Shown here: positions 46,942-59,100 of the stretch, one piece after another
Position numbering within the stretch: the first letter of the stretch is position 1
How the letters are laid out: the number at the start of each line of letters is the position of its first letter
Assembly: GCA_002811645.1 (NCBI GenBank)
Contig: PDIP01000015.1
Span: forward strand, 27,753 to 91,752
Reading direction: 5' to 3'
DNA from: Corallochytrium limacisporum Hawaii
Lineage: Eukaryota; Protista; Pluriformea
DNA length: 64,000 nucleotides
Notes under the pieces: generated by a model
Told to the model about the DNA's origin: nothing
What the model saw: only the letters and a program-made list of their open reading frames with translations
Databases searched by the model: none
Program-made: the position numbers and the translations under genes

Positions 46942-49900
46942 TGCGTAAATGTTATACGGAGCAATAAAGTTCATTTCGGATCCACTGCATCCTGATTGGC
47001 TAAAATTCGTCCTATGGCTCCCCTCCGGGGAGTCAGTATTCGTTTCTCAGCGCTTTGGGACAAGACAACCTCCGCTGGGTCTCCTTTTAAAAAAAAAAGC
47101 CAAAGGTTCCCCTCCCCCAACCTTCTCACCCCCGGTACCCGGTGTACCACCAATCGGGAAGAGTGAAGCAAAGGAGCAAATCATGGGCAAGCAAAAAAAA
47201 AAAAGAGAAACCGAAAGATACAAAAGCCAAAGGAGGTCTTTGGGGAGAAGGGGGGAGGGAGACCTAAAGAAACAAGGAACAAGGAAAAACGAAAATATCA
47301 AAAAAAAAACCAAAAAAAAAAAGGAAAACAACAGAACCCCTACACCACCCCAGCCCCCTCCGCCACCAAGGACTTGCCGGACCGCACTTCACTTTCCCTG
47401 TCCCTTACCCCCCCCCCGGGTAGTGTCCCTTACCGCCCCCGCTTGATTGACCGACCGCTTCATCAGTTTCGTGTGTGTGTCTATGTCCCTCTCTCTCTCT
47501 CTCTGTCTGTCTCTACCTTTAGTTTTCAGTTCCCCTTGCAACGTCTTGGGATTGGTTGGGGTGTATTCTTCGGTATTCTTCTGTTTTCGTTTTCTTGTTT
47601 CGCTTCCGGTGTTGGACCAAAATCGACGAGGTAAAACAAACAAAAAAAAAAAGAAAGGAAAGCAAACACAAAAGGAATGGTCCCTCCTCCTAACCCTTCT
47701 CCTTTTCATTTACTCTTCCTTTGGCCCATCTTCGGGGTCTGTTATTTCTTTCTTTTCTTGTTTTTTTTTCTGTTAGATGCGACATTCCGCATTGTATGAA
47801 ATAATCACTACTGTGGGCGCATGATGAGAGGGTAAGGGGAGGGGGTGGTTTATACGGAGAGGGCAGGTGCTTGCGCGTTCGGACGCAGGGGTCCCAAACC
47901 CAAAGAGAGAGAAAATAAAATAGAGACATTCGATACGGAGGGCGTGTCTTGGGTACCCCGCCGTTTCACCCTCCTTCCCCACTTTACCAGTACCCCTCCG
48001 GACTCCCTTACTCCCGGAGACCGCTGCTGAAAAGGGGAACGAAACACACGAGCGCAGGAGAGTAAAATGAATTTTCCTTGGACTGTTGCTGCGTGGACGG
48101 ACGGTTGTTCAAAAAATCTCTTCAGGGCCGATGAACGCCATCCACGTTGCCCCCCTTGTCGCGGCCGCAGACCCAATTATTCAATGCCGTGGGTTTTGTA
48201 CTTTAAACAGCTGAAAGTTTTACTTCCTTGACCGGTCCTGCTGCAGTGGCAAGGAAAAAAAAACTTGCTGCGCAGTGCAGAGGTTTGCTTATTCGGACTG
48301 CCTTCTTGCCCTTTCCGTTGCCGATCGGACGGGGATGGTCAGTGATTTGGTATTGCATGGTACGTTCAGCGATGGGCTGACCTGGGAAGACGTTGTGAAG
48401 AGAGACGCGCTGTTGGGAGTTGCTCGCCACCAACTCGTCTGACACAGTGTGCTCCGTTTCCAAACACTTTAAAACATTCACAACGTAGCAGCAGCAGCTA
48501 CCCAGCACGGGACCTGGTGATAATAAATCTCTCTCTCCCCCCCCTCCTTCCTTCCTCTGCTCTCTCTCCCCCCCGCTTAAAATCCATGGCCCAGACGTTG
48601 GCTACCTGTACCGAAGGCACACCAAACCTTAACCCGCTGGTGTTCCCCTCTTTTTCACCTTTTCCAACGCTGCTTTTTTGGTCTCCGGTGACGATGTCCC
48701 TTCGCTACATTTCTTGTCCAAAGTCCCGGCAGCATGCAGCGACATCCCAAAAAACACCACCCAAACCAATTAATCATCAAGTTCTCCACCGAAGTCCCTA
48801 ATTGTTTCAGGTCAGAAAAAGTGGTTGTGTCACCACTATGTCCGACGCGCCATGGCAATGCGATCCGCACATCAGAACCAGTGTGATAAGCGCCGCAGCA
48901 AATGTATAGCTAAATCCAGCTTGGAAATTCCCGCGCCCTGGCATACAGGACACGGACAATATGACGCTCGATGTTTATAGTGAGTGAATTGGCTGAAACA
49001 TGCCGAACCGGTGAAGTGCGCCACGGAACGGAGCCACCCAGAGGCGAAGCCAGCAACGGTGGGAGACGGGCCCGGGCGGTGGAGGTGTGTAAACCACCGC
49101 AGCGGCAAAGTCAAGACGGGAACCACACACGCACACACCCACAAAGAACACGGAAGCGACCACACAGACAGCGAAGCGAAGGGTTTCACTAACCCCCTCT
49201 CCCCACACCGTTGGTTTCACCCCCCCGGAGGGGATTTCTTGTATGTATTCTTTGCCGTGTGCGTGATGATTAGATCTGGGGCCTGCGGGTATTGGTCGCG
49301 AAGTGGGGGTAGCGGGGACGAGTGATGTGGTTTTCTTCTTTTTTTTTTTCGGCTCTTGTGTCGGCCAAGTATTTTTTTTTCCATATTCTTTTCGTTTTCT
49401 TTCATTTCCCGTATTGAGGAACAGCTGTTATTGGCCGTCGGAGTGTCATGGATGTGGTAGGTAGGGCGGTTGTGCTCCATCAACCTTTGAAACGTCTTCT
49501 ATCCGTCCTCCTCACCTGCACAACAGTGGAAGCACTGTGACCATTCTTGCGATGGAGACGTTCTGTTGGGAAGTGGCACATCCTGCAGTATGACTTATTC
49601 GGTTCTGTGTTGTGCATTTCACAAGCAGTGACAGCACCTGCACTCAACCCCAACCCTCACTTCCTTCTTGCCCGTCGATGCCGTCACACCTCACAAAGCA
49701 GGGAACCAACCAACAGCCCGAACGGACCAAGTCCGTATTGGTGGCTCTGTTATACAAAATGGATTAAGGACGAGCCCCCGGCCAACGCTCCTTCGCTCAC
49801 TGGGTCTGGTGGCTCTTCGGAATAGAAACGGGTCATCCCGGATAGGTTCGAAACCCCTTGCGGATTGGACCATTGTTATATACATGGTCGCACTATTGTT

Positions 49901-50068
49901 TCTGGAGTGATCTCACCTATTTGGGATGAAGGGCTGCGGGATCGTCAGCGACCTGAAATTTGGAAGTAAGCAACCGGCTTTAGTAGCTACCAAACCTTTT
50001 CACTAGGTTACCCAGATTTAGTTTATAGAGGAGAGTGATCTGGTGCAAGTGATAACCTACACGGCACC

Positions 50069-53000
50069 ATGTCATCACTTCTCAAGGAGGGCCAGAAGCT
50101 TTGGCTGCTTCACGAAAAGCAGTGGCAGGGTGTCACAATCTTGACCGCGGATGGGTCGATCGCAAAGGTCGAGTATCTGCTGAAAGAGCCAGATACCGAG
50201 GCCAAGGTTTTCGACGTTGAAGTGGGCAAGATCAATGCAGACACAGCCATCGAAATGTCTACAGTTTTTGCGACCCCGGTCAAGATCAATGATATGGTAA
50301 GCATGCCTGATCTGACCGAGGGATCCATTCTTTACACACTAGACGGTAGGTTCCACAAGGACCGGATTTACACGGCCATTGGTACCATCTTGGTTGCTAT
50401 GAACCCTTACAAAATGATTGATGGACTATATGGACCAGACGTAATTAACACTTACCGCGGAACCAAGATTGGAGATAAGGATCCGCACGTCTACGCGGTG
50501 GCAAATGAAGCGTACACAAATTTGCGCCAGAACCGCGAGAGTCAATGTATCCTGATTTCTGGCGAGTCCGGTGCGGGTAAGACAGAGAACTCAAAGCACG
50601 TGCTGCAGTACTTGAACGCGATGAGCGGAGCCGGTGGTGATATTGAGGAGAAAATTCTTCAGTCTTCACCGATTCTGGAAGCGTTCGGCAATGCCAAAAC
50701 TGTTTTCAACAACAACAGTAGTCGTTTCGGTAAGTTCATCTCCATCTACTTCACTTCTTCTGGCCACATCAAGGGTGCATCCATCCGCGATTTTCTCTTG
50801 GAGAAGAGCAGGATCGTCTTTCACGGTCAGAACGAGAGGAGCTATCACATCTTCTACCAGCTGCTGGCAGGAGCGAGCGCTGACGAGCTCAAGGCACTCA
50901 GACTCGGCGGCGGTTCGAAGACCGCAAACGATTTCAAAATGCTGAACATGGGTGGAAACGTCACTGTTGATCATATGGACGACGCGAAAGAGTTCAAGGG
51001 AGTTGTACAAGCCTTTGAAAAATTGGAAGTCTCGAAACGGGGTAGACTGCAGGTGTTTAGCGTTCTGTCGGCCGTACTGAATCTCAATCAGATCGACTTT
51101 GAGGGTAGTGCGCAGACCGCCCAGGTCAGGGACATGACATTGGTTCAGAATGCTGCGGAGATGCTGGGCTTGGATGCCACTAAACTAAAGGACAAGCTTG
51201 TGACGAAGACCTTGAACGTGCGTGGCGAGACCATTGAACAGAAGCTCGGTAAGGAGCAGGCCCAGCAGACTGCCGGCTCCCTGGCCATGAAATTGTACAG
51301 TGAATTGTTCACCAAGGTCCTTGGATTGATTAACAAAAGTATTGATCAGGGAGGTCATGAACTGAACTTCGTAGGGGTTCTGGACATCTTTGGTTTCGAA
51401 AACTTCAAAATCAACAGTCTTGAACAGGTGTGTATCAACTATGCGAACGAGAGGCTGCAGAACTTCTTCAACAAGAGCATTTTTGCGGTGGAGCAGGCCG
51501 AGTACAAGAAGGAGGGCCTGAGTGTTGATGCCATTCAGTGGAAGGACAATTTTGAGACTGTAGAACTGATTGAGGCTCGATTCGGTATCTTCTCGATCCT
51601 GGACGAAGAGTCCAAGTTCCCCCGTGCCACTGATGTCACCTTTGTAGAGAAGATGAATGGCAAGCACGGCAACCGCCAGCATAACTCATACATTCAACCG
51701 CGTATCTTCAAGAAGGAGGCTCCTGAATTCGGTATCAAGCATTTTGCTGAAGACGTCTTGTATCAAGCCAGTGGATTTTTGGAAAAGAATCGGGACGAGT
51801 TCCGCGATGACTTGGTGGAAATGCTGCAGCAGAGTGACGTTGACTTTGTCGTCGAGTTGTTTGAGAATTTCCAGCTTGCGTCGCAGGGTGGTCGTGCAAC
51901 CAAGAAACGTACCGTTTCCATGCAATTCAAGGATTCCTTGGTCAAGCTCATGCAGCAGCTTGAGGCATGCACGCCGTTTTTCATCCGCTGTATCAAGCCC
52001 AACATGCAGAAGGTTCCGCATCGCTCCTCCCCATCCCGGGTCCTGGAGCAGCTGAAGTATTCAGGTGTGATGGAGACGATCAAGATTCGCAAGGTTGGCT
52101 ACCCTGTGCGAATTGAGCATGAGGAGTTCCTGTCGCGCTTCTGGGCTTTGGCAAACAAGCATAAGGTGAACAAGGGTTCCAAGCGCGATCAGCAGGCCTT
52201 GGCTCTGATGGCCGCCGTTTTTGGAGAAAAGTCACCCTTGTACGCCAACGGTACCAACAAGATGTTCATGAAGGAAGAAGCGGTAGGAGTTCTTCGAGAT
52301 CAACAGGATGACATTTTGCGTGAATATGCAATCATCATAACCAAGTGGATCAAAGGGTATCTGGTTCGCAAGTTTGTCAGGAACTACCGTGCCAACGTCA
52401 TCAAGGTACAGTCGTATGTACGGTGTCACTTCCAACGGCAGAAGTACCTCAAATTGCGTAAGGCCGCCATGGGAATCCAAACCGCAGCGCGTGCTCTGAA
52501 TGCACGCAAGCAGATGGCTGCAATGATTGCTGCCAAGCGGGCAGAAGAGGAGCGCAAGCGCAAGGAGGCGGAAGAACAGGCCCGTCGTCTGAGAGCGGAG
52601 GCGAAGGAGGCCGAATTGGCGGCACTGCGCAAGCGGCAAGAAGAGGAGGCTGCAGCGGAGGCTGCAGAGAAGGCCAGGGTTGCTGCAGCCGCTGCCGAGG
52701 CCGCGGCGCTTGCAGAAGAGTACGAGAAACAGCAGGCGGCTCAGAACCGCCGTGCTTCGAAACGGGCCCAGAAAGAAGCCTTCAAGCGTGCCACCCTCAG
52801 CCGTCGCAAGTCGCAGCGCCAGGAGGCGAGGGCAAACGCCGGCCCCCTGCTCAAGGAGCTCGAGGCTCTGCGCAGTACTTCTCTGGAGACGGGAAGTGCT
52901 GGGGATCTAACAAAGAACTCTTCAGCAGAAGCTTTCTGCGCTTGGGTCTATGTCCGCAACTCTGCGATCAAGGAGCTAAAGCATTTCCAACGTCGTTTTG

Positions 53001-55999
53001 CTGTGCTGAACAATGGCGAGGTCAGCGTGTACAAGGGCGACCATCGTGGTCTGTGTGCAGGATACCTGCAGGTCATGAGTTCCAAAGTCAAGCGCTGGCA
53101 GCGGGTCTTCTGCCTCTTGCGCGGTCGTGAACTGTATATGTATGAGAAAGAAGGTGACGAAAACAGCCTGACCCGTACTCTCGACATGTCACAGACCAGC
53201 GGAGTGGAAGCAGTTAAGGATGTCAGCAATATGGAGAACAATGCATTCAATATAATGCATGAGAAGCGCATCTATAACTTCTGCGCAGATTCTGCTCAGG
53301 ACATGAGCCTCTGGATCAGTAGCCTGCTTAAGGCACAGGCACTGGCTGCTAAGGCCAGGCAAGTCGAGGACGCGGCTGCTGAAGAAGAAGCCACTGCTGC
53401 CTCTGAGGCCAACGAAGACGGTGACGTTAACAGAGCTAAGATGTTGAGGAAGAGAGCCTCGTCACTGAATGCAGGAGGATCTTTCCAAGTGCTTGCAGAT
53501 GAAAACCAGGGAGACTGGGCGAAGATGATGCCCGGCACCAAGCTGGCGGAGTTTACTTTTGCCATCCAGGAAGTGACTGGTATGACCAAACTGGCCGAAG
53601 CAAAGGACTTGAAGGGTACCAATGCTCCTGGTGGTCTTCACATTTGCACAGACTCCACTGACTACGTACTTGCCTATAACGATGTGCAGACCACTGACGA
53701 ATGGCATGATGTTATTGTGGATTTGAGCGACAAGGATCTGACGGAAACAGATCAGCATGAGGAACCAATCATCACCGAGATCTTCACTTTCCACAGTACA
53801 AAGGGAAATCAGAGACAGAAACGAGTGTCGCTCTATCCCGATCGGATTCTTGTGTTCCCTGCGACCCCGGAGACACCGGTTACTCCCGATGAGGATGACC
53901 GCTTGCACAGAGGAGACAAGGCCCAAGAGTCCACTTTGCTGGATTCGCTTTGCGCAGTGAGCGTGATTCGTGAGCAGGCCACTCCTGACGAGCAGCGGCA
54001 GGGTATCCACAGCAGAGTGACGGGCTTTACAGTGTACACGAAGGCCAAGATTTTCACTTTCATGGGTGATGACGGAGAAAAAGTGGAGGAGTATGTGCGC
54101 ATGCTAGAAAACGCCATCAGTGCACTTCCTGAGTATCACACTGTCACCTCCAAGGCCATGGATCGTGTGCGTGAGCTAAACCCGGAGGTCATTGGCCTCC
54201 TGCACGAAACTTTCTCAGTCTTCACCTACTCTGCGACACCACTTGCATACCCGTTGCTGCCCCTGCCCTACGGTCACTTGGACCGCGCAGAGAACACCAT
54301 GCAGGGGGTCGCCAGTCGCATTAACCGAGACTTGCTGGCCATCGAAGGAACCGATCGTCCATTTAAGATTGTCAACAAGATCATTCGCACTTGCATTGCT
54401 CTTCCGCTGTTGCGGTCCGAAATCTACTGCCAGGTCGTCAAGCAGCTTATGGGACATCCCGATCCTGGTTCTACTAGTCACCAGCAATACTTCTTCATTC
54501 TGGCTGTCCTGTCTTCTTGCTTTGCCCCCAGCAAGAAGGTGCAGCGCTACATTAACTTGGTCCTCGAGATGGCGGAAACCATGTTTTTCGAGAACGACCG
54601 GATTCAGTGGTTCCGTGAGCTGACTCAAAACGCCCTAGGTAAAGTCAGCCAACGCCGACACGCTCCGAGCCAGCTCGAGTTGAACAAGATCTTTGATAAC
54701 CAGACTATCCACATTGACATTGTCGTCAGCCGCAGCCTGAAGATCAATACTGAGGTCCAGCCTTATCAGACTGCTACTGAGGTGCTCCGTGAAGTTCTGG
54801 GCGGGTACAAGATTGACCTCGATTCCAGTGCAATGGCGTTTGGTCTCTTTGACTGCGTGGGTCCCTTCTTGAAGGTCCTCAATGCTGAACACTGTGTCAT
54901 GGATCTAATGGGCAAGTGGGAATCCTTCGCTGATGTATTGCGTGAGCTTGGTGAGGGACAGGAGCCCAGCATTCGCCTCCGTGTGTTCACATGGTTGGAG
55001 AATTTGGAAACAGTCGAGAACTCGGAGGAGGCTCTGCTGATCGTTGAGCAATTCCACGACGACCTTGAGTGCCAGCGCATACCTCTTGTAGCCCTCAAGG
55101 ACAAACCAGCAGCTCTGCACGACCTCCGAGTGTCCCTTGCAGCCTTAAAGGCCCAGGCCACGTTTGGTGCCTTTCAAGAGGCCAAGTTCAAGGGCCTGGA
55201 TCTCCAGACCCAGACCAAGGGACAGAGCCTGGAGATTTCCCGATTCTACCCTGTCCGCATAAGCCGCACTGAAATGGCGCGTATGCGTGCAGACAGTAAT
55301 GCATCGGATGTTGGGCAACCTCCGGCCCGCGCAAGCCTGGGCGTGTCTCCGAACAACGGAGCGTCCAAGCAGTCGCTAATGGATAAGGATGGCAAGAAGC
55401 GGAGTCTCACTGGTACCCTCAGGGGCGTCTTCAAGCGGAAAGAGAAAAACCGTCCCGGCTTGGACTCAGTGGTTGGCGATATGCCTCAGACAGAGGTCAC
55501 TGAACCGGTTCGTAAGAGCGCTTCGTCAGTGCCAGCTTCATATGATCCGTTCAAAGGCCTGCAGATCCCGGCCAACAAGGAACTCATTACGGAGATTGAA
55601 ATGGCTTGGCAAGAGTTCTCCGACATGGATCGGCTCCAGGCCTGCCGCAACTACTTCGGTCTTCTCAAGGAACAGTGGCCCAGCCTGGAGACCACAGCTT
55701 TTGAAGTGCAAAATGAGAAGACTGAGGGCATGCCCAAAGGTAGGTTACTCCTCTGTGTGGGCATGGACGGGGTCTCCCTTGTGGGTCCTTCCGCCCCTAC
55801 AGTGCTCGGCCGGTTAGAGTACCGCGCCATAGAAAACTATGGTGGTGTCTCACAGGAACAGTACGAATTCCACGCCGACAAAAAGATCTGGTACCTGAAG
55901 AGCAACCAAATCGTTGAGATTCACAAGCTAGTGAACGCTTACATTGATGCCCAGGTTGCCATCTTGCGCCACTCGCAGCAGACCTCATCCGGTGCATGA
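50069..55999 (+). CDS. MYO10: Unconventional myosin X-like (motor, IQ repeats, SAH, PH x3, MyTH4, FERM)
   Basis: GESGAGKTE, NNNSSRFGK, LDIFGFE; IQ-like repeats; E/R/K-rich helix; PH domains; MyTH4 PLLPLPYG...LRSEIYCQVVKQ; FERM-like tail. Confidence 0.9.
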   Translation: MSSLLKEGQKLWLLHEKQWQGVTILTADGSIAKVEYLLKEPDTEAKVFDVEVGKINADTAIEMSTVFATPVKINDMVSMPDLTEGSILYTLDGRFHKDRIYTAIGTILVAMNPYKMIDGLYGPDVINTYRGTKIGDKDPHVYAVANEAYTNLRQNRESQCILISGESGAGKTENSKHVLQYLNAMSGAGGDIEEKILQSSPILEAFGNAKTVFNNNSSRFGKFISIYFTSSGHIKGASIRDFLLEKSRIVFHGQNERSYHIFYQLLAGASADELKALRLGGGSKTANDFKMLNMGGNVTVDHMDDAKEFKGVVQAFEKLEVSKRGRLQVFSVLSAVLNLNQIDFEGSAQTAQVRDMTLVQNAAEMLGLDATKLKDKLVTKTLNVRGETIEQKLGKEQAQQTAGSLAMKLYSELFTKVLGLINKSIDQGGHELNFVGVLDIFGFENFKINSLEQVCINYANERLQNFFNKSIFAVEQAEYKKEGLSVDAIQWKDNFETVELIEARFGIFSILDEESKFPRATDVTFVEKMNGKHGNRQHNSYIQPRIFKKEAPEFGIKHFAEDVLYQASGFLEKNRDEFRDDLVEMLQQSDVDFVVELFENFQLASQGGRATKKRTVSMQFKDSLVKLMQQLEACTPFFIRCIKPNMQKVPHRSSPSRVLEQLKYSGVMETIKIRKVGYPVRIEHEEFLSRFWALANKHKVNKGSKRDQQALALMAAVFGEKSPLYANGTNKMFMKEEAVGVLRDQQDDILREYAIIITKWIKGYLVRKFVRNYRANVIKVQSYVRCHFQRQKYLKLRKAAMGIQTAARALNARKQMAAMIAAKRAEEERKRKEAEEQARRLRAEAKEAELAALRKRQEEEAAAEAAEKARVAAAAAEAAALAEEYEKQQAAQNRRASKRAQKEAFKRATLSRRKSQRQEARANAGPLLKELEALRSTSLETGSAGDLTKNSSAEAFCAWVYVRNSAIKELKHFQRRFAVLNNGEVSVYKGDHRGLCAGYLQVMSSKVKRWQRVFCLLRGRELYMYEKEGDENSLTRTLDMSQTSGVEAVKDVSNMENNAFNIMHEKRIYNFCADSAQDMSLWISSLLKAQALAAKARQVEDAAAEEEATAASEANEDGDVNRAKMLRKRASSLNAGGSFQVLADENQGDWAKMMPGTKLAEFTFAIQEVTGMTKLAEAKDLKGTNAPGGLHICTDSTDYVLAYNDVQTTDEWHDVIVDLSDKDLTETDQHEEPIITEIFTFHSTKGNQRQKRVSLYPDRILVFPATPETPVTPDEDDRLHRGDKAQESTLLDSLCAVSVIREQATPDEQRQGIHSRVTGFTVYTKAKIFTFMGDDGEKVEEYVRMLENAISALPEYHTVTSKAMDRVRELNPEVIGLLHETFSVFTYSATPLAYPLLPLPYGHLDRAENTMQGVASRINRDLLAIEGTDRPFKIVNKIIRTCIALPLLRSEIYCQVVKQLMGHPDPGSTSHQQYFFILAVLSSCFAPSKKVQRYINLVLEMAETMFFENDRIQWFRELTQNALGKVSQRRHAPSQLELNKIFDNQTIHIDIVVSRSLKINTEVQPYQTATEVLREVLGGYKIDLDSSAMAFGLFDCVGPFLKVLNAEHCVMDLMGKWESFADVLRELGEGQEPSIRLRVFTWLENLETVENSEEALLIVEQFHDDLECQRIPLVALKDKPAALHDLRVSLAALKAQATFGAFQEAKFKGLDLQTQTKGQSLEISRFYPVRISRTEMARMRADSNASDVGQPPARASLGVSPNNGASKQSLMDKDGKKRSLTGTLRGVFKRKEKNRPGLDSVVGDMPQTEVTEPVRKSASSVPASYDPFKGLQIPANKELITEIEMAWQEFSDMDRLQACRNYFGLLKEQWPSLETTAFEVQNEKTEGMPKGRLLLCVGMDGVSLVGPSAPTVLGRLEYRAIENYGGVSQEQYEFHADKKIWYLKSNQIVEIHKLVNAYIDAQVAILRHSQQTSSGA

Positions 56000-56176
56000 G
56001 TGCCAAGAAAAAGAAAAATGTGTGTTACAACCCCTCTCCCAAAAATAAAATAACCAAAATTAGAGTGTCTTTGTTGCTACCAACGAAAGTGCTTAGGATA
56101 CACAGAAAGTGAAGGCTGTTGAATGAAGTACGGACGGTGTTCTCCGATCCATAATTTTATTCTAAAGAAAACCAGG

Positions 56177-59100
56177 TCACAATTCGGGACTCTTGTCCTT
56201 GCCATTGCTCCCGCCTTTGCGACGGACCGCGCGGAGAAGGTCGCGGACCTTTGCACCAGCTGATGACGGACGACCCTTGGTCTCCGACTCAGCAGTAAAG
56301 TTCATCGACTGCGACAACTGGTGACGCGGAGGCTTTTTCTTCTTGCCCTCAGCAGGTGGGCTCGGCAAATCGTCCTTTCCGCCGGACAGACGCCACTCAT
56401 GCGGATGTTCATAGTCGGCATTTGCACTGCAGCTGCGGACGTGCTGCAAACCAGCATCATCGGTAACATTCTCAGATGATGATTCAGCCATCAAAAGATC
56501 ACTGCCAGCTGTGCCGTCCACCACGGAGCCTTCGGGATTGCTGCAATGGCTGTGGGCACCAGACGCACATTGTCCATTTTCTATCGACGAACGTTCAAAG
56601 CCCGAGTCATCTGTCTCAAGGCCTGTGAGGCCTGGGCAAGGACTAGGGCTCACGTCGTCACCGTTGGTCGCGCCAACGGCAGCGAGAAGATCCTCAGGTC
56701 CGGTGCAAGACTTTGCTGTACGAGACAGAGGAGCAGGATCGCTCACGTCTCGAGCACCAGCAGCAAGGGTTGACTTTTCAGACTGTTTGGTGTCGACCGG
56801 AACAATGTGGAAAGAAATCTGCGCTTGGGCAGGGCGTGTCGCAGGTCTGCGGTCATCTTCCTTTGCATCGGGATCGTGCAGATTGAGCTTACTTCCACTG
56901 CGACTGTCCGGGCCACACGACAACTCCAAAACATCCGATGCCCGTGGCAGCTGTTCTGCCTCAACTGGCCTCAGGCCACTACTCGTTTCATAGTAGAGGG
57001 TGCACGAGGATCGCATGGCAGGCATACCAATACTTCCTAGAATGAGACTTGCTAAGGTTTGGGTCGGTGTCTCGGGTAAGCAATAAAAGGTGAACTGTAC
57101 AAGGGCAGCAGAAGTCAAGGCATAAGACCGCACTCGGATGTGGTCCATTGGGTGACCCTCGTCGTCAAGCGGCCAAAGAAGAAAGTAGTGATTAGAAAGG
57201 CTGCTTTGCAGAACGCCTCCAGTAGGGTTACCAGCGTCTGCGGTAAGAGATCCATTGCGACGATGTGTGTGCTTCTCCTTGTCCTTGTCCTTTGTCCTCT
57301 TGTTATCTTTGTCCTTGCTTACGTCACCATTGGAAAGTTTAACATTTAGTGCACTTTCCACTGAGCTATGCTGCTGGTTGGCCACCAACGTTTCGTCCAA
57401 AGACATACGCTCTACCATGGTGTACTGATCACCGTCAATGCTACGCATCAGACAATGAGTCTTCAGTAGCTCATCAGCATCAGTCCATGGCCCGTACTTC
57501 AGCCTCACAATCTCGGAAATCACATCGTCCACTGTAGAACTGCGTTGTACCAGCATGGCTTTCACTATGGGAATTCCATTTCCAAGCATGCGCACCTTTA
57601 TGGCACGGCGCTGACGTTCCTCAGAGATAGACATACTGGATGTTGCGTGTCTAAGTTTCTGTTCGCCACTCTTGGGATTCAAAGACTTGCTGGCAGAAAC
57701 GGGATCATCGTGATTAAGCAGGTCCCGGTTGTTAGAGTTGACATGAAGTACCTTAGTACCATGCTTGTTGATGAACTCTCCCAAGTCCTGCGGCCGTTTT
57801 GATAAGAGCTCTGTCAGGCGAACTTTCTCTGTAGCGCTAACCAGTGAAGTATTGCTTGCTGCTGTCATATTGATTCCGGGCACTGGTTCACCATCGCTGT
57901 TCCGTAGAGCACGAGAATGGCTTCCGCGACGGCGGTTGTTCATTGGTTTTACTACATCTGTGGGCGTATCCCTGCCTTGTGGCATAAACTGGCCCAATAA
58001 CTTTGCCGTGGCCGCCTGCCGTGGCTGTGCGACAAGACTGAGCTGATAGTACTCTTCTTCGCTGAGCAGTTCAAGATCATCAAACCAGTCGCAGAACTTC
58101 TGTACCTTCTGGTACAATTTACCCAAGCTACGGACTTCTGCACTCTGGTAATACATAACCTCATGGAGAATTCCCCAGATGCGTCGACACTTCTCGAAGT
58201 TGATAATTGGTGTCTCTCGCTGACTCATCTTTTCTACTACGTCTGGCATTTGCTCAGCTGTGATCAAGTCTTCGTGAGCACAATCAACCATAGCCAGATC
58301 ATTGAGATACAGACCAAGATATGGCACTAAGGGAGGTGGTGTCTTGCGTTGGAAACTTCGTAACTGCGCCTTGTTGTTGCCTTCGCTCAGTAATTCGCGC
58401 ATGGTGTCGTACTCCTTTTTGCGTTCGAAACTGACGGCGGCCCACATCGCAGTCAGCCGGTGGATTGGAGTTGCGCCTAGACCAGAGATAATCGCTTTCG
58501 CAGTGGCAATATTCTTGAGATTAATGCACTCCTGAGCGACTTCTATCAGAAACTCTACCGTCTGCACCATTTCAGCTCGGATCACACTAGTGAGCTCTTT
58601 GTCGGCTTGGAATGCGAAGAGAACTTCGTGCATGACCAGCTTGGCCGTGCGGTTAAACACATCGATAGAATGCACAATGTGAGGCGAATGGGTCTGCTTT
58701 GTGTCCTTCATCCAGGCACAGCCGAGCAGTTCATGCACCTTAATATCACAGAAGATGTCAAGTTCAATCAGGAGGAACTGCTCTGCACACCTGCGAGCAC
58801 TAAAGTCCCGCATGTTAACCATCTGCTTCTTGCAATGACCAGTCTTGGTGGTCTCGTTGGGCTGTACCTCCTGACCATCGTTGGTCTCCATTTCCCTTTG
58901 TTCACGTTCGCGTGACTTTGCTGCCATGAGTATTTTACTGGTGTAGTCCATCAACTGTCTGCGAAGAAGCATGTCCTCCGGCCTTGGCGTGACCCGTACT
59001 ATGCCTCTTCGAAGCAAATCTATCCTTTCTCCGTTTGTATCATCAGCCCAGTCACCGGCGTGGCGCTGAGTCCACAGAGCTACTATGTTCACGAAGCGTT

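Noticed and set aside
49790-49865. tRNA suggested by GGTTCGAAACC (similar B-box-like words near 9483 and 31291)
   Set aside because: T-stem, acceptor stem and anticodon arm do not pair, so there is no cloverleaf.
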